Source: Verrucomicrobiota bacterium
GTDB lineage: Bacteria > Verrucomicrobiota > Verrucomicrobiia > Limisphaerales > CANJSG01
DNA: 18,668 bases
NCBI GenBank assembly: GCA_038209745.1
Contig: JBBQXJ010000089.1
Span: forward strand, 1-18,668
Reading direction: 5' to 3'
Shown here: positions 9,745 to 17,205 of the stretch, in pieces
How positions within the stretch are numbered: position 1 is the stretch's first letter
How the letters are laid out: every line of letters begins with the position of its first letter
Notes under the pieces: generated by a model
Database searches by the model: none
Told to the model about the DNA's origin: nothing
What the model saw: only the letters and a program-made list of their open reading frames with translations
Made by a program: the position numbers and the translations under genes

Positions 9745-10323
9745 ATGACGGTTCCTGAACAGAAGCGCGCCCTGCGTGAAGATCAAAGGCGGCGCTTCGC
9801 GGCGACGACGCCGGAAGATCGGGCCGTTGAATCGCAACGGCTGTGTCGACGACTGGAGTCGCTCGAGGTCTGGGGCTCGGCCCGAAGAATCCTGGCCTTC
9901 GCGGCCCGGGGGGATGAACCCGATCTGGAACCGCTGCTACGGGCGGCCCTTTCCGTCGGTAAGATCGTCGCGCTTCCCAGGTTTCGGCCCGCGACCGGAA
10001 ATTATGAAGCGGCGGAAGTGCGGGATTGGGAGAGGGATTTGACGCGGGGCGAATTCGACGTTCGGGAACCTTCAAGCGCTGCCGAGGGGGTGCCGCTAAA
10101 CCAACTGGACTTGGTTTTGGTGCCGGGACTAGCTTTCGATCTGCTCGGTGCCCGGCTGGGAAGAGGGAAAGGGTTCTACGACCGTCTCTTGACGGGCGTT
10201 TCCGGCCACCTTTGTGGAGTGATGTTTGAATGGCAGTGGGTCGGAGAGGTTCCGTTGGAACCGCACGACCGGCTCATGAACTCGATCCTGACCCCGGCGC
10301 ATTGGCGGCCTGCCGCCCGATGA
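9745..10323 (+). CDS. ygfA: 5-formyltetrahydrofolate cyclo-ligase (YgfA/Fau family)
   Basis: EQKRALRE N-terminus, DEPDL, GKIVALPR, LDLVLVPGLAFD..GARLGRGKGFYDR, EPHD. Start ATG 9745 or GTG 9733 (overlapping rarA stop); the longer ORF from 9235 is an alternative frame inside rarA. Confidence 0.92.
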   Translation: MTVPEQKRALREDQRRRFAATTPEDRAVESQRLCRRLESLEVWGSARRILAFAARGDEPDLEPLLRAALSVGKIVALPRFRPATGNYEAAEVRDWERDLTRGEFDVREPSSAAEGVPLNQLDLVLVPGLAFDLLGARLGRGKGFYDRLLTGVSGHLCGVMFEWQWVGEVPLEPHDRLMNSILTPAHWRPAAR

Positions 10324-10338
10324 TGCCGATTTTGTAGA

Positions 10339-11901
10339 ATGAATCTATCCGAAGGTCTGATTGGCGGAACGACCGTCTTTTTTGTCGGAGCCATCACCGG
10401 CTATTGGGTGCTGCGCTGGAAGGAGCGCGGCGTGGCGGTAGCCCACGAGCTGGAACGACAATCGCGCCTCGATGCCGCCCGGCGCGAAGCCGAAGCGCTC
10501 CTGCGCGAGGCGAGGCTCGCCTCCAGCGAAGAATCCATGGAGATCCGCCGCAAAGCCGATACTGAGATCGGAGAGAGACTGAAAAGCGCGGCTTCCGTTG
10601 AACAGGCGGCATCTGATCGCCGGACTGCCGCGGAACGGATGGCGGGCGACGTGGCCCTCCGTGAGGAGCGGATCGACGCTGAGGCCAAACGACTCGAACA
10701 AAGGGCGGAGACGCTCGAGGCTTCTGAAAAGGAAGCCCGGGAACTGGCGGAGGAGGTAAAGCAGGCGCTCAGCCGCATCTCCGGATTGAACCCCGCAGAG
10801 GCGCGCGAGCAGCTGCTCAAGCAGATCGAGGGCGAATCTCTCAGCGATGCTGCACGGCTGGTGCGCAACGTGATCGAGGAAGCGAAGGTGCGATCCGAAG
10901 AAACCGCCCGAAAGATCCTGACCGTCGCCATCCAGCGGTTTGCCGGCACCCATACCTCGGATATTTCGACCGCGACCGTCGCGCTCAGCGGGGACGACAT
11001 CAAGGGCCGCATCATCGGCCGTGAAGGCCGGAATATCCGTGCCTTCGAATTGGCCACCGGAGTGACGGTGCTCATCGACGACACTCCAAACGCGGTCGTG
11101 CTTTCCGGCTTTGATCCGGTCCGCCGAGCCATTGCCCGGGAAGCGATGGAGCGCCTCATCCTTGACGGCCGGATCCATCCGACCCGCATCGAGGAAGTCG
11201 TCGCCAAGGTGACCGAAGAGATGGATGAAACGATCCTGCGATCCGGTGAGGACGCCGTCGTCAAGGCCGGCGTCGGTCCGATGCACTCCGAGTTGGTGAA
11301 GTTGCTGGGGCGCCTCAGATTCCGGCATTCGTTTTCCCAGAACATCCTCGATCACTCGGTGGAAGTGGCCCAGCTGTGTGGGCTGATGGCTTCGGAAATC
11401 GGCATTCCACTCATCCCGGCGAAGCGGGCGGGCCTGTTGCACGACATCGGCAAGGCCGTCAACCACGAGGTCGAAGGCGCCCATGCCCTCGTCGGTGCCG
11501 ACATCGTTCGGCGGTGCGGAGAGCCGGAGGACATCGTCAACGGCGTCGCGTCGCATCACGATGAGGTGCCTCACGTCGGATTGCTCGGGATCCTCGTCAG
11601 TGCGGCCGACGCCATCAGTGCTTCGCGCCCCGGAGCCCGCTCGGAAACCATGACAACCTATCTGCGGAGGGTGGAGAACCTCGAGCGGATCGGCATGTCG
11701 TTTCAGGGAGTTGAGAGGTGCTATGCCGTCCAAGCCGGTCGCGAGGTGCGGGTGCTGGTCCGGCCCGAACGCATCTCCGACGACGAAAGCCTTCTTTTGG
11801 CCCGCAACATTGCGCGGCGAATCGAGGAGGAATTGCAGTATCCCGGTCAGATCCGCGTCATTGTGCTTCGCGAAACCCGCTGCACCGAATACGCGAAATA
11901 G
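10339..11901 (+). CDS. rny: Ribonuclease Y
   Basis: N-terminal TM helix, coiled coil, KH domain KGRIIGREGRNIRAFE, DGRIHPTRIEE, HD domain GLLHDIGK, ADAISASRPGAR, AVQAGREVRV, YPGQIRV. Confidence 0.97.
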   Translation: MNLSEGLIGGTTVFFVGAITGYWVLRWKERGVAVAHELERQSRLDAARREAEALLREARLASSEESMEIRRKADTEIGERLKSAASVEQAASDRRTAAERMAGDVALREERIDAEAKRLEQRAETLEASEKEARELAEEVKQALSRISGLNPAEAREQLLKQIEGESLSDAARLVRNVIEEAKVRSEETARKILTVAIQRFAGTHTSDISTATVALSGDDIKGRIIGREGRNIRAFELATGVTVLIDDTPNAVVLSGFDPVRRAIAREAMERLILDGRIHPTRIEEVVAKVTEEMDETILRSGEDAVVKAGVGPMHSELVKLLGRLRFRHSFSQNILDHSVEVAQLCGLMASEIGIPLIPAKRAGLLHDIGKAVNHEVEGAHALVGADIVRRCGEPEDIVNGVASHHDEVPHVGLLGILVSAADAISASRPGARSETMTTYLRRVENLERIGMSFQGVERCYAVQAGREVRVLVRPERISDDESLLLARNIARRIEEELQYPGQIRVIVLRETRCTEYAK

Positions 11902-11963
11902 ACTTCTAAGCCCTCGGGCCCAAGTTTGGATTCCTTCTTCGCCGTCGTCATCAGTCGCCCGGC

Positions 11964-12191
11964 TCAAGACTTGGCAGCATTTAAATGGGTTCGAAAATAC
12001 CGGGCTCCTTGGGAGCGGTCGTACCATCGGAGAAGATGGTCCTTCCGTCCTTCGAACAGTTCCTGGGACAGGCCATTTTCCAAGCCTTCGGGACCGTTTC
12101 TCGGCTGCTCTGAGAGGAAGGCCAGTGGATTGCCGTCGCTCTGGCACTCGCTGGTTCCGAGGGGGAAGACCCGCGGGAGGGGAGTTTTATC
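11964..12191 (-). pseudogene. Degenerate duplicate of the adjacent small lipoprotein gene
   Basis: Minus frame reads LGTSECQSDGNPLAFLSEQPRNGPEGLENGLSQELFEGR, matching LGATGCQHEDDPTVSQRPWNSPKGWENGLPQEMFEGR; 45/53 nt identity (12046-12098 vs 12251-12303); in-frame TAG upstream at 12192-12194, no ATG, no intact signal peptide, original stop lost. Confidence 0.7.
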
Positions 12192-12196
12192 CTATG

Positions 12197-12229
12197 AAAC
12201 AAAAAAGCCGCTCCGATGGGAGCGGCTTT
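12197..12229 (-). terminator. Intrinsic terminator for the minus-strand unit
   Basis: Perfect 11-bp stem AAAGCCGCTCC (12204-12214) / GGAGCGGCTTT (12219-12229); minus strand ends TTTTTTGTTT; 17 nt past the lipoprotein stop. Confidence 0.85.
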
Positions 12230-12246
12230 GGTAAAGTTCCTGGATA

Positions 12247-12405
12247 TCAGCGTCCTTCAAACATTTCTTGGGGCAGGCCATTTTCCCATCCTTTGGGACT
12301 GTTCCAGGGACGCTGCGATACCGTCGGGTCGTCCTCGTGCTGACAGCCGGTGGCCCCCAAGACCAGGCTCAACAACACAATCAATTGGAGTAGGCGGGCC
12401 TTCAT
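12247..12405 (-). CDS. Small putative lipoprotein (52 aa), absent from the ORF track
   Basis: MKARLLQLIVLLSLVLGATG-CQHEDDPTVSQRPWNSPKGWENGLPQEMFEGR*: basic n-region, hydrophobic h-region, lipobox-like ATG-C21; begins 9 nt after the upstream stop and is followed by a terminator. Confidence 0.82.
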   Translation of the reverse strand: MKARLLQLIVLLSLVLGATGCQHEDDPTVSQRPWNSPKGWENGLPQEMFEGR

Positions 12406-12414
12406 GTCCGTAGA

Positions 12415-13173
12415 TCAGGGTAGGACCTTGTCGCCTTCCATCACGCCGTCGGTTCCCTTCGTCCATTCGGGAAGGATGTTGGCGATGGAGTGGGTGGGGC
12501 TGACGCTTGAGACGCGGAGCTTGGCGATGAGCTGGCCATTGCGGTTGACGAGCAGTTCGCCGCGTTCCTTGACGCCGGCGTCGCCGCCGATGTTGAGGAC
12601 CACGAAGTCAAACTTGGGATCGACCGCCACGACTTCGCCGCGGAGACCTTCGGGCAAGATCACGGGGCGGTTCTTGCCGAGGATTCCGTCAATTTTCTCT
12701 TGGAGACTGCCGTTTTTCTTCAACAGCACCTTGTTCTCGGCGACGAAGGCGTCCCGTTCGGTCGTGAGCTGTTTCCGTTCGGCGATGATGGCGCGAACCT
12801 GGTTGACGGTCTGTCCGACGCTGGCCCACTGGTTGAGCTCCTGTTGCAGGCTGTCGCGGCTCTCCTTCAGTTCCTTGCCGATTTGCGTGAGGCGCAGATT
12901 GGCTTGGGTCAACTGGTCCTTCTCGGATTGGAGGGCATCGCGTTGGGCGGTCGTGTCGGCCAAGTCCTTGGTGGTTTTCTCGAGGGTGGCCTCGGTGTCC
13001 TTCAGGGTCTTCTTGGTCTTGATGTGCGCCGCCACCTCCTTGTCGCGTTCGTCGTGGAACTGGTCACGATCATGGATGGTCGTGACAAGCCGCGATTTCA
13101 ATTCGGTGAAACCAATGATCGCAGTGGCCAGTCCTGCAACGATGGCCACGATCAAACTAATACGAATCAGCAT
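12415..13173 (-). CDS. Hypothetical membrane-anchored coiled-coil protein with C-terminal beta domain (252 aa)
   Basis: N-terminal TM (MLIRISLIVAIVAGLATAIIGF), long heptad-rich charged segment, C-terminal GEVVAVDPKFDFVVLNIGGDAGVK...EGDKV; promoter-like sequence upstream. The 436-aa ORF extension overlaps the neighbouring gene and is unlikely to be real. Confidence 0.85.
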   Translation of the reverse strand: MLIRISLIVAIVAGLATAIIGFTELKSRLVTTIHDRDQFHDERDKEVAAHIKTKKTLKDTEATLEKTTKDLADTTAQRDALQSEKDQLTQANLRLTQIGKELKESRDSLQQELNQWASVGQTVNQVRAIIAERKQLTTERDAFVAENKVLLKKNGSLQEKIDGILGKNRPVILPEGLRGEVVAVDPKFDFVVLNIGGDAGVKERGELLVNRNGQLIAKLRVSSVSPTHSIANILPEWTKGTDGVMEGDKVLP

Positions 13174-13205
13174 GGGTTGGGCAGCTATGGGTTGAAAACG
13201 GGTCG

Positions 13206-13235
13206 AACGTAAGGGCCGTCCTTTGCGAGTGTCAA
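13206..13235 (-). promoter_or_regulatory. Sigma70-type promoter for the coiled-coil protein/lipoprotein unit
   Basis: Minus strand TTGACA (13235-13230), 18-nt spacer, TACGTT (13211-13206), about 30 nt upstream of ATG 13173. Confidence 0.6.
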
Positions 13236-13283
13236 CGTCCCCGTTGGATCGGAACGGCCTCCAACGGCGGATTTTCTGCTCCG

Positions 13284-13769
13284 TCAGAGTTTGGAGATCT
13301 TTTCCAGAAGGCCCGTGGTGGATTTTCCGGGGACAAACGGGATGAACACGAAGCGTCCGCCACACTGTTCCACGACGCGCCGTTCGTCCTGATTGAGGGT
13401 TTCCAAGGTGTAGTCGCCGCCCTTCACATAGATGTCGGGTTGGGCCAAGCCGAGAAACCGAATGGCTCGGCTCTCCGGGAAAATGCTGACGGCGGAGACG
13501 GATTCGAGGGCGGCCAAAACCCCGGCACGGTCGGTTTCGCGGTTGATCGGTCGGGCGGGGCCTTTCAGTTCGCGCACTCCGGCGTCGCCGTTGCAGCCGA
13601 TGAGCAGGGCGTCGCCCTGGTTGCGGGCCGCCTCCAGGTAGGTGACGTGGCCGAGGTGGAGGATATCGAAGCAGCCATTGGTCACCACCAGCTTGCGTCC
13701 AGTCTGACGGAAGGCCGCTCGCCAAGCCGGCAACCCCTCGATGGGAACAATTTTTGACTGAAAATTCAT
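13284..13769 (-). CDS. rfaE2: D-glycero-beta-D-manno-heptose 1-phosphate adenylyltransferase (stand-alone RfaE/HldE domain II; cytidylyltransferase family)
   Basis: VVTNGCFDILHLGHVTYL, LKGPARPIN, PDIYVKGGDY, GKSTT motifs; ATG 13769 gives 161 aa. Confidence 0.87.
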   Translation of the reverse strand: MNFQSKIVPIEGLPAWRAAFRQTGRKLVVTNGCFDILHLGHVTYLEAARNQGDALLIGCNGDAGVRELKGPARPINRETDRAGVLAALESVSAVSIFPESRAIRFLGLAQPDIYVKGGDYTLETLNQDERRVVEQCGGRFVFIPFVPGKSTTGLLEKISKL

Positions 13770-13872
13770 GGGGCTGATTTTTGAGTGGTTTCCCCGGAAA
13801 TGTCTAGGAGCCAACCGGATTCCATCGGGCGTCCGGAGCCAAGCGGCCCGGGAATCGACAGCGGGGTCCTGG

Positions 13873-13953
13873 TGATGGCAGAATCGGACTTGCCATCAAT
13901 TGAACGATTGGATCAAGATATACCTACTTAACATTAGTAACTAACTTAAGTAT
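13873..13953 (+). promoter_or_regulatory. Promoter/operator region of the cys operon
   Basis: Perfect inverted repeat TGATGGCA (13873-13880) / TGCCATCA (13891-13898) overlapping a TTGCCA -35-like hexamer; very AT-rich block 13914-13953 with imperfect dyad TACCTACT-N7-AGTAACTA (13921-13943). Confidence 0.5.
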
Positions 13954-15663
13954 ATGCCCGAAGCCGCCAAAGCACCTGTTTCCGAGAAGCCTCTCGTCAA
14001 GAATGAGCACCTGAAGATCGCGATCCCCACTCTAGCGGGAAACATCGCCGCCACCCTGCACGATCCGGCGGCCCTTTGCTTCACCCATGACGACTACGAG
14101 TTCCTGAAGTTCCATGGCATCTACCAGCAGGACGACCGGGACGACCGCAAGACCGGCAAACACTATATCTGGATGATCCGCGGCCGGATCCCCGGGGGCG
14201 TTCTCAATGCCAAGCAGTGGATCGCCTTCGACGACGTCGCCACCAAGCGGGCGAACAACACCCTGCGTGTCACCACGCGCCAGAGCATCCAGTTCCACGG
14301 CGTCGTGAAGGAGGGCTTGGGGCCGTTGATGAAGGAGATCAACCAGTCGTTGCTCGACACCTTGGCGGCATGTGGCGACGTGAACCGCAACGTCATGGCC
14401 TCGCCTGCTCCGGCAATCACGGCGGCGCGCCAGCAGGTGTGGGAAGACTCCAAGCTCGTCTCGGATTCGCTCATGCCCCAGACCAAGGCCTACCACGCCA
14501 TCTGGATCGACGGCGTTCAGCTCAACCTGGAAGATCCGGCGAACAAGGACTTCGTCGATCCGCTCTACGGCAAGCAATACCTCCCGCGGAAGTTCAAGAT
14601 CGCCTTCGTCATTCCGCCGGTGAACGACATGGACGTCTTCACCAACTGCCTCGGCCTCATCGCCGTCATCGAGAACGACCGGCTCCTCGGCTACAATTTG
14701 ATCGCTGGCGGCGGCATGGGCCGGAGCCACGGCAACACCGTGACCTACCCGCGCCTTGCGGATGTGATCGGCTTCTTCCCCCGTGAAAAACTGGTCGAAG
14801 TGGCCAAGGCCGTCCTGACCATCCACCGCGATTTCGGCGACCGCACCGATCGCAAGCACGCCCGCCTCAAGTATGTCTTGGAGGAGAAGGGCGCCGCTTG
14901 GTTCCGGGGCGAAGTGGAGCACCGCATCGGCGCCAAGCTGGAAGAAACGAAACCCTTCAAGTTCACCACCACGTCGGACACCTACGGTTGGCAAAAGGGT
15001 CTCGATGGCCGCTGGTTCCTGACGCTCTTCGTCGAGTCCGGCAGGATCAAGGACACGGAGACCCGGAAACAAAAGACCGCGCTTCGCCGTGTGGCCGAGG
15101 TTTTCGGCGGCGTCGAATTCCGCCTCTCGGCCAACCAGAACGTCCTCATCGCAAACGTCGCGGATGCTGAGAAGGACGCCATCACCGCGCTCCTCGGCGA
15201 GCACGGCGTGAAGACCGAGAAGCAGACCACCTTGCTGCATGCCGCCGCCATGTCGTGCCCGTCCATGCCGACGTGCGGCCTGGGCTTGGCCGAGTCCGAG
15301 CGCTTCCTGCCGACCCTCATCGACCGCATCGAAGCCGTCTGTGCCGACGTCGGCATCGGCGACCAGGAGATCATCATCCGCATGACCGGTTGCCCGAACG
15401 GCTGCGCCCGTCCCTACATGGCCGAGATCGGGTTCGTGGGCAAAGGCCCCGGCCGCTATCAGGTCTGGCTCGGCGGCAACCAGAACGGCACCCGCCTGAA
15501 CAAGGTCTGGAAGGAAATGCTGAAGGAACCCGACACCGAGGCCGAACTGCGCCCGCTCCTCGTCCGCTACAAAGCCGAGCGCACCGCCGGCGAACGCTTC
15601 GGCGACTGGGTGGAGCGTGTGTTCTGGAAAGAGCAGCCGGCGGAAGCCGCTGCGGCGAACTGA
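13954..15663 (+). CDS. cysI: Assimilatory sulfite reductase hemoprotein subunit (siroheme/[4Fe-4S])
   Basis: LKFHGIYQQDDRD, TTRQSIQFHGV, ACGDVNRNV, YLPRKFK, RKHARLKY, CPSMPTCGL and RMTGCPNGCARP cluster-binding motifs; in an operon with cysH and cysD. Confidence 0.95.
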   Translation: MPEAAKAPVSEKPLVKNEHLKIAIPTLAGNIAATLHDPAALCFTHDDYEFLKFHGIYQQDDRDDRKTGKHYIWMIRGRIPGGVLNAKQWIAFDDVATKRANNTLRVTTRQSIQFHGVVKEGLGPLMKEINQSLLDTLAACGDVNRNVMASPAPAITAARQQVWEDSKLVSDSLMPQTKAYHAIWIDGVQLNLEDPANKDFVDPLYGKQYLPRKFKIAFVIPPVNDMDVFTNCLGLIAVIENDRLLGYNLIAGGGMGRSHGNTVTYPRLADVIGFFPREKLVEVAKAVLTIHRDFGDRTDRKHARLKYVLEEKGAAWFRGEVEHRIGAKLEETKPFKFTTTSDTYGWQKGLDGRWFLTLFVESGRIKDTETRKQKTALRRVAEVFGGVEFRLSANQNVLIANVADAEKDAITALLGEHGVKTEKQTTLLHAAAMSCPSMPTCGLGLAESERFLPTLIDRIEAVCADVGIGDQEIIIRMTGCPNGCARPYMAEIGFVGKGPGRYQVWLGGNQNGTRLNKVWKEMLKEPDTEAELRPLLVRYKAERTAGERFGDWVERVFWKEQPAEAAAAN

Positions 15664-15698
15664 CGTGTGCTTCACGCAATGGCGATCCATCTGACTCA

Positions 15699-15938
15699 AT
15701 GAACTCCTCGGAGCCAGACAAGCTGCACGATGCGGATAGAACCTTTGGTTCGGATAGCAGCTTGTCCGACGCCGACGCGGAACTGCGGGTCTACTGGCGA
15801 TCTAAGACGCCCTAGGAACGGTGGAAAGCCTTGGAAGAACTGCGAATCCGAATCTATGGCGAAGAGGCAATTAACGCCCGAGGTCAAAGAGTTTTTGGCG
15901 GAACTCCGAAGCGTATTTTAGCCCAAACAAGTTCATGA
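15699..15938 (+). pseudogene. Small hypothetical (antitoxin-like) gene interrupted by an in-frame TAG
   Basis: MNSSEPDKLHDADRTFGSDSSLSDADAELRVYWRSKTP*ERWKALEELRIRIYGEEAINARGQRVFGGTPKRILAQTSS*; TAG at 15813-15815; the final TGA overlaps the next ATG (ATGA 15935-15938). Confidence 0.6.
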
Positions 15939-16174
15939 GCAACGACACGCTGCTGCCCGATACGAAGAGCCCGCTCATCTGGATCAACCCAGAGCGGGTC
16001 AGCGGCGCGCCGTGCTTCTACAAGACGCGTCTGCCCATCGACAGCCTGTTCGAGAATCTGGAGGCGGGCGTGAGTCTGGACGAGTGGCTGGACGCCTTTC
16101 CCGACATCACCCGTGAACAGGCTCAGGCGGTTCTTGAGTTCGCCAAGCGTTCCATGTTTGCCAGCGCGGCATGA
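15935..16174 (+). CDS. DUF433 domain antitoxin (VapB45-like)
   Basis: INPERVSGAPCFYKTRLPIDSLFENLEAGVSLDEWLDAFPDITREQAQAVLEF is the DUF433 pattern; ATGA overlap with the downstream PIN gene. Confidence 0.92.
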   Translation: MSNDTLLPDTKSPLIWINPERVSGAPCFYKTRLPIDSLFENLEAGVSLDEWLDAFPDITREQAQAVLEFAKRSMFASAA

Positions 16175-16488
16175 AGGTGCTCTTCGACGTCAACATGCCG
16201 CGTCCATTGCGTCGGGAGCTTCCCGGACACGAGGTCGTCACCGCCCAGGCCATGGGCTGGGGCGAACTGGTGAACGGCGACCTTCTGCAAGCAGCGGAGA
16301 AGGAAGGCTTCGATGCGTTTGTGACGGCGGATCGGAAACTCCGCCATCAACAGAATCTGACCGGTCGTCGCATCGCGATCTTGGTCGTCCCGAGCAACAA
16401 CCTGCGCGTCCTGGCACGGATCGCTTCGGCCATCCGGTCGGCCGTGGACCAGCTCAAATCCGGCAACTACGTCGAACTGACCGCCTAA
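16171..16488 (+). CDS. DUF5615 family PIN-like toxin (VapC45-like)
   Basis: MKVLFDVNMP, GHEVVTA..MGW, NGDLL..AE..GFDAFVTADRKLRHQQNL; coupled to the DUF433 gene. Confidence 0.9.
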   Translation: MKVLFDVNMPRPLRRELPGHEVVTAQAMGWGELVNGDLLQAAEKEGFDAFVTADRKLRHQQNLTGRRIAILVVPSNNLRVLARIASAIRSAVDQLKSGNYVELTA

Positions 16489-16535
16489 TTGAAAAACGGG
16501 ATCGGCGCTTTGGCCAATCCCATCTGAATTCCACC

Positions 16536-17201
16536 ATGACTCCCGACCAGATCACCCAGGCCAACGTCGAACTCCGCGACAAGTCCGCCCTCGACATCGT
16601 CAAGTGGGGCCTCGCCCAAGCCGGCGGCTGCGCCATCGTCTCGACCAATTTCCGGCCCTACGAAGCCGTCGTCCTGCACCTCGTCACCCAGGCGCACCCC
16701 GACATCCAGGTTCTCTGGGTCGATCACGGCTACAACCGCCCGGCCACCTACCAGCACGCCGAAGGGTTGAAGACCCGGCTCAAGCTGAACATCAAGGCCT
16801 ACATTCCCAAGCTCACCGCCGCCCATTACGACGCCGTCTACGGAGGCATGCCCGAGCCCACGCCGGAGAACGAGGAGCGCATCAAAGCCTTCAGCACCGC
16901 CATGAAACTGGAACCCTTCCAGCGTGGCATGAAGGAACTCGCGCCCACCGTCTGGATCACCGCATTGCGCAAGGTGCAAAATCCGAACCGCGCCGGCCTC
17001 GACATCGTGAGCCCCGACGGCAACTTCGGCTCACTCAAGCTGAGCCCCGTCTTCCACTGGACCGACGCCGACATGGAAGCCTACTTGGCCCAGCACAACC
17101 TTCCGAACGAGTGGGACTACTTCGATCCCGCCAAAGCCGACGAAAAGCGCGAGTGCGGTCTCCATGCGGCGTGGGGTGGAAAAGCCGTGGCCCAAGCCTG
17201 A
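16536..17201 (+). CDS. cysH: PAPS/APS reductase family protein
   Basis: STNF, LWVDHGY, KLEPFQR, WITALRK, KLSPVFHWT, C-terminal catalytic ECGLH; lies between cysI and cysD. Confidence 0.9.
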   Translation: MTPDQITQANVELRDKSALDIVKWGLAQAGGCAIVSTNFRPYEAVVLHLVTQAHPDIQVLWVDHGYNRPATYQHAEGLKTRLKLNIKAYIPKLTAAHYDAVYGGMPEPTPENEERIKAFSTAMKLEPFQRGMKELAPTVWITALRKVQNPNRAGLDIVSPDGNFGSLKLSPVFHWTDADMEAYLAQHNLPNEWDYFDPAKADEKRECGLHAAWGGKAVAQA

Positions 17202-17205
17202 GGGA

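Noticed and set aside
10345..12147. 600-aa minus-strand ORF
   Set aside because: Antisense to rny; no independent coding evidence.
12046..12303. Repeat pair as a diversity-generating retroelement TR/VR
   Set aside because: Only 5 of 8 mismatches fall at adenines of the intact copy, and no reverse transcriptase is in the window.
13174..13725. N-terminal extension of the 436-aa ORF, suggesting a fusion
   Set aside because: Alternative frame inside rfaE2; a promoter and TM-initiated ATG at 13173 define the real gene.
14032..15699. 555-aa minus-strand ORF
   Set aside because: Antisense shadow of cysI.
15813..15815. Amber codon as genetic-code reassignment or pyrrolysine
   Set aside because: TAG terminates rny and the sensor kinase at expected positions; no pyl genes are visible.
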